Below, piece by piece: positions 41,488 through 51,281 of a DNA stretch of 64,000 nucleotides. The position numbers and the translations under genes were made by a program. The notes beneath the pieces were generated by a model that saw only the letters and a list, made by a program, of their open reading frames with translations, had not been told where the DNA came from and did not search any database. The stretch is from Candidatus Bathyarchaeota archaeon (GTDB lineage Archaea; Thermoproteota; Bathyarchaeia; Bathyarchaeales; Bathycorpusculaceae): NCBI GenBank assembly GCA_963811105.1, contig CAWEPZ010000008.1, positions 32,001-96,000 on the forward strand, given 5' to 3'. Position 1 is the first letter of the stretch. Every line of letters starts with the position of its first letter.

Positions 41488-44127
41488 TTACCGCTTTCTG
41501 AGTACCAGTATAATTGCTATTGCTGCGATAACGACGACAATTGCTATTCCAATTCCCGTGGACACGATCGTCATTGTATAGTCTGCTGCTGCCTGTGCTG
41601 CTGCAGGGGTTGAACTTGTTGTTGGAGCTGCTGTTACTGTTACGTAGGTGTTTGCCCAGGAACTACCGTAAGAGGCGTCGCCTGCGAAGCTAGCCGTGAT
41701 TTTATATTGACCTGGAATTGTTGGAGTCCATGAGTAGCCGAAGGTGCCTGTTTCGTCGCTGTTTGTATTACCAATGTGTACGTAGTTGCCGTTCGGATCA
41801 ATTGTGTCAATTGATACTGGAACTCCAGTAACCGTAATGTTGTGGTGTATGCCGTCGATTGGCTGTTGCATATGCAAGTATTCCATGTATGTACTCATTG
41901 AATCTTGGGATACACATGCCTTGCCGGGTTGCCCTGGAGATTGGTCTAAGACTGTGCCAGATATGACTGCGCTTTGTCCTGTTGTTATGGCTGTTTGTGG
42001 AGCTGAAACTGTTGCTGTGCTTGGACCTTTGCCGATTACATACGTATAGCCATCATATGAGCTTGCGTATGAGAGGTAACCGTCTGAGATACCGCCTGGG
42101 AATGTTCGAGAGCCACTTACTCCTGAGTATCCAAGCAAGTTCCATATGTTTTCGCCTGTGGTCGCGTTGAGGCAGAATATTCGAAGTCCTCTTGTAATTG
42201 GCTGAGATGGTGTGTGTTCTGCATTAAATGTGTAGAGTTTACCGTCAGCAACTAAGCCTGTTGCGTGCCATGCTTGACCTCCGTTGTAGGGAGTCTCAAA
42301 TGGTTCTGAAGTTGTTTGGAAGAACCATTCGAATTTGCCTGTGGTCCAGTTGATAGCGTGGACACCGTCATAGCCGTTGTCAAAGATTAAGCCATATGCT
42401 GATTGTACATCGTATGCTCCGAATGAACCCCAAGGCAGAAGCGGAATGTCACTCTTCCAAGCTATTGCGCCAGTGTTCAAGTCCCAACAGTACCATTGTC
42501 CGGAAAGCATTCTGCAAGCGAATTTTCCATGATCTGCAACACCGTCGATGGAGCTGAAGAATGTACCCCAACCATCGCTAGTATCGGTTGTAACGTTCCA
42601 TAGCAGTTTTCCAGTTGTTAAACTAGCTGCTTGTATGAACTGACCTATGGCTACACCTGTTCCAGTGGAACTAATTGATCCTGTAGTTACCGCGATGCCA
42701 GAGTCAAAGTCGACTGTGCCTAGAGAACTGAAAGGCCAGCTTATGTTTCCCCATATCCTTTGACTGAAATTGTCGATTGTCGGTTGACCTCCTCCAATGC
42801 CAACAGTTTCGGTGCCAGCGTTATTTGCGATTGTCCAGTTAATCAATCGGTATTGAGTGTTTAAACCACTTCCGATCGTTTGTATGCTTAAGACCCAGGG
42901 GTCAGAGTAGTATGTACCTGTGTTTACGCCTGAGGGTACTCCAGTGAAGTTGGCTGTAACTACACCTGTGTAGGGGCTATATTTTATTACTCTGCCTGAA
43001 TTATTTCCCGAAGCGGCTGTCAAAGTTACTAAGTATGCGGTGTATGTATGCTGGGCTTCTGCGCCGGGAACTTCCGGACCACCAGGCTCATAGGTTATAA
43101 TACTAGGCAAGGTTTCGCCAGAGGCTACTGGGCGCTCCCAGTAAATTTCTCCAGTCCGTAGGTCATAGCAACGCCATTTAGTGACTGCACTTATTGATGA
43201 TGGGTATTGCCAGGTACCATTAATGAGTGCAGGTTCTGGAGGTACGCTTACGCTTACATAGCATCTTCCTGCGTAAATTATGCTTGGGATTGGTCCTGCT
43301 GCAGTGTTTGAAAGTTGTCCTGCTGTGCTGCCAATTAAACCGCCTATGCCTCCTGATACCTTCCAAAGTATGTGGGCACTGCCTGGTGCTAGTGTGTAGG
43401 GAACGAATCTGTAGTTAGACATGTAAGTGTTTGTCTTCGCTGGCCAAATAGAACCACCTCCACGAAGGCCTGTTGTAGGCCAAGCGCCTAGAATAGACCA
43501 CCATTCTCTGTTGTCTGGTGAGACGGGTCTAGTCCAGTAATCGGTTGGAATTGGTGCTGGAGGCCATGACGCTACCTGGTCAGCCTGTACTGTGACGTTT
43601 ACTATTGGCGATGAACATGGCGCATAGTATGCTGAGTCCATGTATGATGCTGCTGAAGGTCTGTTGGTGCTGTTTGCATAGTAAGTGCCTTGATTGTAGT
43701 AGCCTGCGGGGAAGTACATGCCTAGGAAGTCATATTTGAAACTATATGTTCCAGTAGTATCTGGTACGTAATTTGCCCATGATGTTGAGTCACCTGCATA
43801 AGAATCAAGCGGACCGATAATGTCTTTTGTACCGTCAGGCTTCGTTACGGTTATTTGGTTGGTTTTTAGAAATATTCTTTGGACGTTAATCGGAGGTTGA
43901 TTCCATACGTTCACGAGTAGTGCTTGTCCAACACCGATTGGGCTTGGGTTTACTGCTAAGTATCCTTCCGGCTTAATTGTGACGCTGGGTGTAACACCAC
44001 TTGGTAGAGGTCCTGCTGCTGGTTGTGTAATAGTCTGTGCTTTCACTGATATAGTTGCGATTGAGGTAAAACATGAAATCAAAAGAATCATAGTAATGAT
44101 TGTTGTTTTTAGCATATTATTTTTCAT
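41488..44127 (-). CDS. PQQ-binding-like beta-propeller repeat surface protein
   Basis: Full-length paralog of 22061-24664 with TM plus RKR. Confidence 0.85.
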   Translation of the reverse strand: MKNNMLKTTIITMILLISCFTSIATISVKAQTITQPAAGPLPSGVTPSVTIKPEGYLAVNPSPIGVGQALLVNVWNQPPINVQRIFLKTNQITVTKPDGTKDIIGPLDSYAGDSTSWANYVPDTTGTYSFKYDFLGMYFPAGYYNQGTYYANSTNRPSAASYMDSAYYAPCSSPIVNVTVQADQVASWPPAPIPTDYWTRPVSPDNREWWSILGAWPTTGLRGGGSIWPAKTNTYMSNYRFVPYTLAPGSAHILWKVSGGIGGLIGSTAGQLSNTAAGPIPSIIYAGRCYVSVSVPPEPALINGTWQYPSSISAVTKWRCYDLRTGEIYWERPVASGETLPSIITYEPGGPEVPGAEAQHTYTAYLVTLTAASGNNSGRVIKYSPYTGVVTANFTGVPSGVNTGTYYSDPWVLSIQTIGSGLNTQYRLINWTIANNAGTETVGIGGGQPTIDNFSQRIWGNISWPFSSLGTVDFDSGIAVTTGSISSTGTGVAIGQFIQAASLTTGKLLWNVTTDTSDGWGTFFSSIDGVADHGKFACRMLSGQWYCWDLNTGAIAWKSDIPLLPWGSFGAYDVQSAYGLIFDNGYDGVHAINWTTGKFEWFFQTTSEPFETPYNGGQAWHATGLVADGKLYTFNAEHTPSQPITRGLRIFCLNATTGENIWNLLGYSGVSGSRTFPGGISDGYLSYASSYDGYTYVIGKGPSTATVSAPQTAITTGQSAVISGTVLDQSPGQPGKACVSQDSMSTYMEYLHMQQPIDGIHHNITVTGVPVSIDTIDPNGNYVHIGNTNSDETGTFGYSWTPTIPGQYKITASFAGDASYGSSWANTYVTVTAAPTTSSTPAAAQAAADYTMTIVSTGIGIAIVVVIAAIAIILVLRKR

Positions 44128-44369
44128 TTGTGTTTTTCTCCTTAGTTTGTTTTTTTTTGCAAAGCCGATAGAATTAGCTTTGTGAGAGTCCTGTATAACA
44201 TTTGCTTCTTATATGGTTGTGTGGAAAGTGACCACTGACGACACCTCAGTAATTTAAGCAGCAAAAAAATATCCTTGGAAACATCTAACCCACAAAAAAT
44301 TCTTCTCAAAAATAAAAATGTTCTTAAACAGGGAAATGCACTTTTTAATTGATTCTAAAGGTGATTTTT

Positions 44370-44807
44370 ATGGCAAGCAATGTTTTAGTTAGAGATGTTA
44401 TGTCAAAAAACGTTAAGGTGGTAAGAGAAGACACGAACCTACATGAAGTTATAGCGACCTTGAGTAGCTTCGAAATTAACTCGCTAATCGTCGTCCAAGG
44501 GGAAAGACCTGTGGGAATCGTAACTACAAAAGACGCATTAGTCAGAGGCTTTGAACACGGCCTACCAGTAACAGCCATCAAAGCTGGAATGGTAGCCTCG
44601 TCTCCCCTGACAACAATTAATGAAGAAGCATCAGTTGAAGAAGCAGCTGGACTTATGAAACGTGCAAAAATCAAGCATCTACCGGTATTAAACAACGGCA
44701 AACTAGTCGGCATCATCACAGACACCGACATCATGTTTTCAGTACCATCAATGCTTTCAACAATCGAAGCAGTCTGCCGCCCTCAAAAAAAGACCTCCCT
44801 CCAATAG
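44370..44807 (+). CDS. CBS domain pair protein
   Basis: VRDVMS, PVGIVT.KD, IKHLPV, LVGIITDTD. Confidence 0.92.
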   Translation: MASNVLVRDVMSKNVKVVREDTNLHEVIATLSSFEINSLIVVQGERPVGIVTTKDALVRGFEHGLPVTAIKAGMVASSPLTTINEEASVEEAAGLMKRAKIKHLPVLNNGKLVGIITDTDIMFSVPSMLSTIEAVCRPQKKTSLQ

Positions 44808-44988
44808 ACACAAATTCTTAAAATCCTAAACCCTTTCTTCAAATACTCTACATATCTGACTCGTCTTTGCAGAATAAATGCTCCAAAATCTGATCGCACT
44901 TGCAGATATCAAATGTCAAAGAAAAGCTTATCCCACTGAAGTATGAAAGTTATACTTAATTAATCAAAAACTAAGTTGTTGATTAAAA

Positions 44989-45261
44989 ATGGATGAAGAA
45001 GCTGAAATTGCGATTGTAGGTAGCAAAGGGCAGATTGTTATCCCACAAAAATTAAGAAAAGAATTAGCCATATTGCCAAATACCAAACTCTGTGTATACC
45101 GAAAAGATGACAAACTAGTCGCAGTGAAACTCAAAGTTCCGCCTTTAGGTGACTCTACAGAGTTCTTCAAAGAAGCTGATGAACGGAACCTGGGTAAAAA
45201 GAAGCCCACCGAAACTATTCAAGTCCCTTTAAGTAGAAAACGCAAAGGAAAAAAGAAATAA
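44989..45261 (+). CDS. AbrB/MazE/SpoVT family DNA-binding protein
   Basis: VGSKGQIVIP.KLRKEL.I.P. Confidence 0.88.
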   Translation: MDEEAEIAIVGSKGQIVIPQKLRKELAILPNTKLCVYRKDDKLVAVKLKVPPLGDSTEFFKEADERNLGKKKPTETIQVPLSRKRKGKKK

Positions 45262-45301
45262 GCGAACGCCCACAACTAATCCGTTTTACTCAGGTGATTA
45301 T

Positions 45302-45856
45302 GTGTCAGCAAAAACTCAAGTAAATATCTCTTCAGTCTACAGGCTGCTTCATCCAATGCACACCGTACTTGTTTCATGTGTCGGAAAAGCAGGTAAACCA
45401 AACGTCACAACCCTTGCATGGGCAATGCCAACTTCAATTAACCCACCGCTCTTAGCCATAAGTCTATCACCAGCACGCCACTCACACACGTTGATTGAGG
45501 AATCAGGAGAATTCATTGTTAACGTTCCAACATTGGAGCTCTTGCAAGCTGTTTACTCCTGCGGTTCATTAACAGGCAGAAGCTTTGATAAATTCAAAAA
45601 AGCAAATCTAACGCCAATGCCAGCTAAAAAAGTCAAAGCGCCAGCCATACGCGAATGCATCGCTCATCTTGAATGTGAAGTCGACGGCCAACTAACGACA
45701 GGAGATCACACAATATTTGTGGGCAAAATCTTAGAAGCATATGCAGACATGGGAGTTTTCACAGAAAGCGGTTACGACCTCAAAAAGGTGCGGATGCTCT
45801 ATCATGCAGGCGGCAACAACTTTTTGGTCCTAGATCCTAAAATCTATAAGTCCTGA
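45302..45856 (+). CDS. Flavin reductase family protein
   Basis: PPLLAISL..ARHS, EF.VNVP, DKF, ECIAHLEC, GDHTIFVG. Confidence 0.92.
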   Translation: MSAKTQVNISSVYRLLHPMHTVLVSCVGKAGKPNVTTLAWAMPTSINPPLLAISLSPARHSHTLIEESGEFIVNVPTLELLQAVYSCGSLTGRSFDKFKKANLTPMPAKKVKAPAIRECIAHLECEVDGQLTTGDHTIFVGKILEAYADMGVFTESGYDLKKVRMLYHAGGNNFLVLDPKIYKS

Positions 45857-46000
45857 GCTGAAATACGCATTTAACCGGCATCAAGAAATTAGTTTTGGCT
45901 GGGCTTTAACTTGAATTTAACCGTAGAGTAGTAATAGTGCGTTAGGTTACGCATTTAAGCACGCGATGCAATAATCCAACCCAACAAAAGTGAAATAGTT

Positions 46001-46903
46001 ATGCCCTACGATAAGGAAGAACTTGAAAAATTCCGTATATCGGGAAAAATTCTGCGTGAAACAAGAGAAGAAATGAGAACTCAAGTTCATGAGAACATGC
46101 CAATTATCGAAGTATGCGAGAAGGTAGAAGGATTAATTCGGGCTAAAGGAGGCAAACCAGCCTTCCCCTGCAACGTCAGCATAAACGAGGTAGCTGCACA
46201 TTATACTTCGCCGCCCGGTGATATCTTAACCATTCCAGAAGACTCCACGGTGAAAGTCGATTTAGGCGTCCAAGCAGATGGCTACGTAACTGATACAGCA
46301 TTCACAGTCTCTTTTAATCCTGAAGGCAGAAGCATGGCCAACACTGCTGAACAAGCACTAAAAACGGCCATTGATAATATTCATGGCGACATGATGCTGA
46401 GCAAAATCGGCAGCCTCATAGAAACCACAATAAAAAACCGCGGTTTCAAACCTATCAGCAACTTAACGGGGCACTCAGTTGGAAGATATCTTATTCATGC
46501 AGGCACATCTATCCCAAACGTCGCACAAATATCCTTCGGAAAAGTAAGAACAGGCGAAGTTTACGCAATAGAACCATTCGTTACATTACCAGACGCAATT
46601 GGCAGAGTCGATGACAGCCCACAATCAACAATATATCGTTTGGTTAAAGCTAAACCTGTAAAAACTGAATCCGCCAAAAAGATGCAAAAATATATTGAAT
46701 CAAATTTCAGAACTTTACCTTTTGCTGAAAGATGGCTAATCGGTGTAGTTCCCAAGGAACACCATAAAGCCGCGTTCAAAGAATTGCTTGTTTCAAAAGC
46801 GGTTATGAGTTACCCAGTTTTTGTTGAAGTAAGCAAAAAACCCGTTGCCCAAGCCGAACACACGGTGCTGATAAAAGATGAGGGCTGTGAAGTTTTAACT
46901 TAG
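46001..46903 (+). CDS. map: Methionine aminopeptidase type II
   Basis: PAFPCN.S.NE.AAHY, KVD.G...DGY.TDTA, NLTGHS, AIEPF, AQAEHT. Confidence 0.97.
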   Translation: MPYDKEELEKFRISGKILRETREEMRTQVHENMPIIEVCEKVEGLIRAKGGKPAFPCNVSINEVAAHYTSPPGDILTIPEDSTVKVDLGVQADGYVTDTAFTVSFNPEGRSMANTAEQALKTAIDNIHGDMMLSKIGSLIETTIKNRGFKPISNLTGHSVGRYLIHAGTSIPNVAQISFGKVRTGEVYAIEPFVTLPDAIGRVDDSPQSTIYRLVKAKPVKTESAKKMQKYIESNFRTLPFAERWLIGVVPKEHHKAAFKELLVSKAVMSYPVFVEVSKKPVAQAEHTVLIKDEGCEVLT

Positions 46904-47334
46904 ACATTGTATGTTTTTTCTTTCTCTTTGACTTCCTTGTAGATTGCGGTAATCATTTGTTTGCCTGAGCATTTTTGGCATGGAACGTCGAGTTCTTTGT
47001 AGACGTAGTCGCCGCGTTGGAATTCTCGCACTGTTTTGACATCGCAGGTCTTGACTGTGCATTGTATTGTTGTCATTACTTTGGGTATTTCAATTTTCAT
47101 ATCTGCCGTTTGCCTCCTTGATTGGTAAAACGTGAAAAGTGACATAGCTAAAGCGACAAGACCGATAACCGAGTAAGCTGCCACGGGTGCCAAATCGTTT
47201 GGATTAATGGCGTAGAGGTAGGCTGCTACTACTATAGATGCAAGCGAAATAACTACAACAATTACGACTATTAGGTTTACGTAGTTTGAGATCTTTTTGG
47301 TTGACGCTGATGTTTGATTGTGATCATGTTCCAT
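46900..47334 (-). CDS. Conserved hypothetical membrane protein with zinc ribbon
   Basis: Two TM helices, then TTIQC...C...REFQRGDYV...CQKC...ITAIY. Confidence 0.75.
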   Translation of the reverse strand: MEHDHNQTSASTKKISNYVNLIVVIVVVISLASIVVAAYLYAINPNDLAPVAAYSVIGLVALAMSLFTFYQSRRQTADMKIEIPKVMTTIQCTVKTCDVKTVREFQRGDYVYKELDVPCQKCSGKQMITAIYKEVKEKEKTYNV

Positions 47335-47346
47335 TTTATAGTCCTC

Positions 47347-48519
47347 CTATTGCCCTACTCCAATGGAGTTGCCGACACCTACGATAATAACTCTGTCGCC
47401 TTCTTTGGTTCGCTCCAAGATTACGTTCTTAACTCGTTCAATGACTGGGTCAACTGCATCATTGATTTCTTTTCGCATAGGTGAAACTGCATCGCCAATG
47501 TCTTCTTTGACTATTACAGCGTTGATTGGAATATGATACTTTGTCAGCTTCGCTTCAATCTTAAACTGGTCTACGCCTGGTCCACCAATTGCAGCCCCAA
47601 TACCTTCTGCTACTTCGCCGACCATTTCGCCTTCAAGTTTCAAGCCTGCATCAATCATGATAACCATGCCAATCTTGCCTTCATTTTCTTCAATAACAGC
47701 TTCAACTGCATCGCCTGGTTTGCCAACGTTACCGCCTGGTCCTTCAGCTTTTATGACCAGTGCTGTTCGTCCTTCAAACGGCACCGTTGCCATCACGCAG
47801 TCTTTTGGTAACTTGCGAACTTCGTAGCCGTGCATGAGTTTTGCAGCGACTAATGGTCCAGCGCCATCGCCTATAGGCTGACCGTAAGCAAAGGCTTTAA
47901 GAGCGCTTCCATATGCTTCGGCTTCTTTCATGACCATTGGCAATATCATTTGTATTTGCATTATTACGTAGAGGCTTAGGGTTTTTTTGCCTTGAATGTA
48001 GTAGTGCCGTATAACTTTGTAAATGAAGTTTAAAGCCATTGCCGCTTCTAAAGTGTTTTCTAAGTTGTTCACTTGGACTTCGTCAATTCCTGGCGCCATT
48101 AGTTTGACTTCATCTTTTAGTCGCTCATCTCTCACATCTAGAATGTGATCAAGCTTGTACACTATGCCTGCTGGATCCATGCTTTGGGGACCGATTGTAA
48201 AGTATTCTAGATAGCGATCAACACGAGTTGAAGGGTCAACTGTTGGTTTGCCAACCTCTTTTATGGCGTCTATGGCATTTTTTCGCCCTTCCTCTTTTAT
48301 GAACTTTAATTTATGAAGCGAGTTCTCTACCTCTCGAATCATAACGTACATTTGGATTCTTTGGCCGTAGAAAATTAGAACGATGAAAAATAGGTACGAA
48401 ATCAGGCTCAAATATGTAGTCCAGTCACTTGAACCTCCTAACTGGTTTGTATGTACTGGTAAAGCTATCGCCATTGATAGTTCCCGTGTAATAGCATTGC
48501 TTCCCGTAATAAGACTCAA
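47347..48519 (-). CDS. DUF1512 family protein
   Basis: DPAGIV, KVIRHY, PIGDG.GPLVA, KAEGPG.NVG.PG, IDA.LKLEGE, GVGNS.GVGQ. Confidence 0.85.
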   Translation of the reverse strand: MSLITGSNAITRELSMAIALPVHTNQLGGSSDWTTYLSLISYLFFIVLIFYGQRIQMYVMIREVENSLHKLKFIKEEGRKNAIDAIKEVGKPTVDPSTRVDRYLEYFTIGPQSMDPAGIVYKLDHILDVRDERLKDEVKLMAPGIDEVQVNNLENTLEAAMALNFIYKVIRHYYIQGKKTLSLYVIMQIQMILPMVMKEAEAYGSALKAFAYGQPIGDGAGPLVAAKLMHGYEVRKLPKDCVMATVPFEGRTALVIKAEGPGGNVGKPGDAVEAVIEENEGKIGMVIMIDAGLKLEGEMVGEVAEGIGAAIGGPGVDQFKIEAKLTKYHIPINAVIVKEDIGDAVSPMRKEINDAVDPVIERVKNVILERTKEGDRVIIVGVGNSIGVGQ

Positions 48520-48602
48520 TTTCTACACCACTTCTCAAAAAACTATAGACAGTAAGTTATAAAGCTATGCCAAATCGCGCTCTATTAATTGGGTTTATAA
48601 GT

Positions 48603-48726
48603 GGGCTGCCAGCTTTCCCAGGTTCGCATGGCCTAAGACCACACTACAACTGGAAACGGAACACGGTTTAACTTCTGAGTTCGGAATGGGATCAGGTGGA
48701 ACCCGTGCCCTTTGACCGGCAATCCC
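48603..48726 (-). rRNA. rrf: 5S rRNA (unlinked from 16S/23S)
   Basis: Reverse complement contains CCACCTGATCCCATTCCGAACTCAGAAGTTAAAC with a terminal stem TGCCGG...CTGGCA; ends approximate. Confidence 0.93.
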
Positions 48727-48914
48727 AGCATTACACCTCAACTTTCCTTCATTAACCTTTCGCTTTTTGCATGAATTACTATTGGAGAACCACGAAGTTT
48801 TGGAAGCCTGTTTATTTATTAGCGGCTAAGACATTGTTTTTCTGATTCGTGGAGGCACTGAAGACGGCAAAATTCTTTAGACAATCTTCAGCCATAGAGT
48901 CTAGAGGTACCTTA

Positions 48915-49514
48915 ATGATGCAAGGACTTAGAAAAAAGAGAATCGGAGCTTCCGCGGGCATATTAGCACCCATACTTGCCTTTGCCTGCATCTTGACATC
49001 TATCGCATCTTACCCACAATTCAGCTGGAAGAGCAACGCCTTAAGCGATTTAGGCATAATCACTGGATTGACTGGACCACTTTTCAATTTTGGATTATAC
49101 GCCAGCGGGTTCTTAGGATTAAACTTTGCATTATTAGGTTTATTTTCATATCTTGGAAAAAGCTGGGTTGGCAAAATTGGAGCAATATTTTTTGCAGGTA
49201 CATCTATTGCGCTTATCGGTATCGGAGTTTTCAACGAAAGTTACTCTGGAACACATTTTGCGGTTTCCGTAGCGTTTTTTGTGTTAGCACCCATTTCAAT
49301 GTTCATCATAGCCTGCGCTTTTTTGTTGTTGCATCAACCAAGAATGTCAATCTTTACTGTTTTGATTGGGATTGCTGCTGCATCGCCATGGATCTTACAA
49401 TTTGCCTTTAACTACGTTCCAAATGTGGCAATCCCAGAGTTTTTATCAGGGCTTGCTTTGTCAATATGGACTATTGCAGTCAGTATCAAAATGATTATGC
49501 AAACTAAGAAGTGA
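48915..49514 (+). CDS. DUF998 family membrane protein
   Basis: FSW..NALSDLG, FN.GL, IG.GVF.E, HF.VS..FF, AIPE. Confidence 0.85.
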   Translation: MMQGLRKKRIGASAGILAPILAFACILTSIASYPQFSWKSNALSDLGIITGLTGPLFNFGLYASGFLGLNFALLGLFSYLGKSWVGKIGAIFFAGTSIALIGIGVFNESYSGTHFAVSVAFFVLAPISMFIIACAFLLLHQPRMSIFTVLIGIAAASPWILQFAFNYVPNVAIPEFLSGLALSIWTIAVSIKMIMQTKK

Positions 49515-50516
49515 TTAGCTTTTAATTTTCTGCGTTGCGTCAAAGTACATTTGAGCGCAACAATATGAGGAAAAAGAAATCTTGCTGCCTTGGCTTTTTG
49601 CATATTTGACTGCTTCTTCACTGGGAAAAGCAACTGCATCCACCCCGGCTTTCAACGCTAAGACATCTGTTTCGCCGCGGGCTGCACCTTTCTGTCGCAT
49701 ACACCCCAATACCAAGGGGATTTTTGGGAACATCAGTCGCGCCGCCGCGGTCACTTTGGCGATTTCAACTGGTGTTGGTGGCTGCGTTTTCGCCATGGCT
49801 GTTCCATGTATAGGCATAAATGCAATTATGACTAGCGCAGAAGGCTTAACTTGACTTATCATTTTAAGCGCTTCTAATTCGCCGTCTAGTTTGCCTTCGT
49901 TTAAACCTACAATAACATGGGGTATAAATTTTAAGGCTGATTTTTCTAAAGCAATCAGCGAGTTCACGTAATCGTTTGTTGTAACTTTCAGATCGAAAGT
50001 TTTCTTTATCGTTTCAGCCGACCCTATTATATCAATTAAGGCTGCATCTACCCCGGCAGCTTTGAGCAATTTCGCAGTCTCAGAATTTATTATGCCAGTG
50101 TGGACAAAAACGGTTAAGCCTAGCTCTTTCTTGATCTTCTTAAGCGAAGGTACAAATTCACCAAGAGGCACTGACCCATCAGGCAAACATCCGCCGCTGA
50201 TAAGGCAGCCTTGAGCACCAGCTGCCTTTAGCTTCACGCATAGCTCAAACAGTTCCGTGGGCGAGAGTGCTGGAAGCATGGTTTCAAGCACTTTTTTACC
50301 GCAATGCTTGCAATTCGACGAGCAAGATGTACCTGTAACTGAGATTGTTGGGAAACTTGTTGGTGAAGAGCAATAATATCTTGTTTTGTAGTATGTGAAG
50401 CTGGGGGCGTAGAAGCGAATTTCTTTGGGCTTGAATGGATTAAATTCTTTTTCTAGTAAGTTTAAAAGCCCTTTTTCGGTTGAGTTCCAAACTTTTTCGG
50501 GAGATAGCTGGGTCAT
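49515..50516 (-). CDS. Radical SAM protein (biotin synthase-related)
   Basis: CSSNCKHC cluster motif, G.LISGGC, PH...GL, LGCMR. Confidence 0.9.
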   Translation of the reverse strand: MTQLSPEKVWNSTEKGLLNLLEKEFNPFKPKEIRFYAPSFTYYKTRYYCSSPTSFPTISVTGTSCSSNCKHCGKKVLETMLPALSPTELFELCVKLKAAGAQGCLISGGCLPDGSVPLGEFVPSLKKIKKELGLTVFVHTGIINSETAKLLKAAGVDAALIDIIGSAETIKKTFDLKVTTNDYVNSLIALEKSALKFIPHVIVGLNEGKLDGELEALKMISQVKPSALVIIAFMPIHGTAMAKTQPPTPVEIAKVTAAARLMFPKIPLVLGCMRQKGAARGETDVLALKAGVDAVAFPSEEAVKYAKSQGSKISFSSYCCAQMYFDATQKIKS

Positions 50517-51177
50517 GTTTTTCGGCTTAATGAAATCTTTGCGTTCCTTAATAGTTTAGCGTAGACTGCCAAATGTATCCAATATGAACGTGATTTAGGA
50601 GAATTAGTCTTAAGTTCATAGCACTTGTGATTAACTCCTTACTCTCACATATAGATATACGAACCACCAATAATGAAAAATTGGAGCGCTTTTTTCCGAA
50701 AGATTAAGGTTAAATTATGAAGAGTAAGAATTTGTTCAGTTACTTGGGGTTTCTTTCAACGATTGGAGGACAGATAATGCCCCTTTGCGAGCCGCGTTCT
50801 TAACTTTTTTATAATCTTGCCCGTCACCGACGCTTTTGCTCATTATAGTCATTTTTTTGCGCAGTTCAATGGCCAAACTCAAGCAACCCAACAATTAATG
50901 CAAATAATAACTGCCATATCCAAAGCAGGATGTTACCTGAGTCTTAGAGAAGATAGTGAAACCAATAGAGGAGGCAGGAGTAATAATAGAGTTGGCAACA
51001 AAGGAATCTGACGCCGAAATGTTACAGCACCCAACGGGTAAGCAACTTGAATATAAAGCCTCAGAGCAAAAACAAGAAAAGAAATTGAAAAAAGAAAGAA
51101 GACCGACCGAATAAAGAAACTGTTGAACAAAGGGAAAGCCAACTCTACAACAAACCTAAGAAAAACTGAGCTTGAGA

Positions 51178-51255
51178 TGGTGGGCCGAGGCGGATTTGAA
51201 CTGCCGACCTTTCGATTATCAGTCGAACGCTCCAGCCGTGCTGAGCTACCGGCCC
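51178..51255 (-). tRNA. tRNA-Ile(GAT), CCA encoded
   Basis: GGGCCGGTAGCTCAG...TTCGA CT GAT AA TCGAA...GTTCAAATC...CGGCCCA CCA cloverleaf. Confidence 0.95.
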
Positions 51256-51281
51256 ACCTGAAAGAGCACTGAAGTTTAATA

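Noticed and set aside
44989-45856. Toxin-antitoxin pair at the AbrB gene
   Set aside because: The downstream gene is a flavin reductase, not a PIN/MazF toxin.
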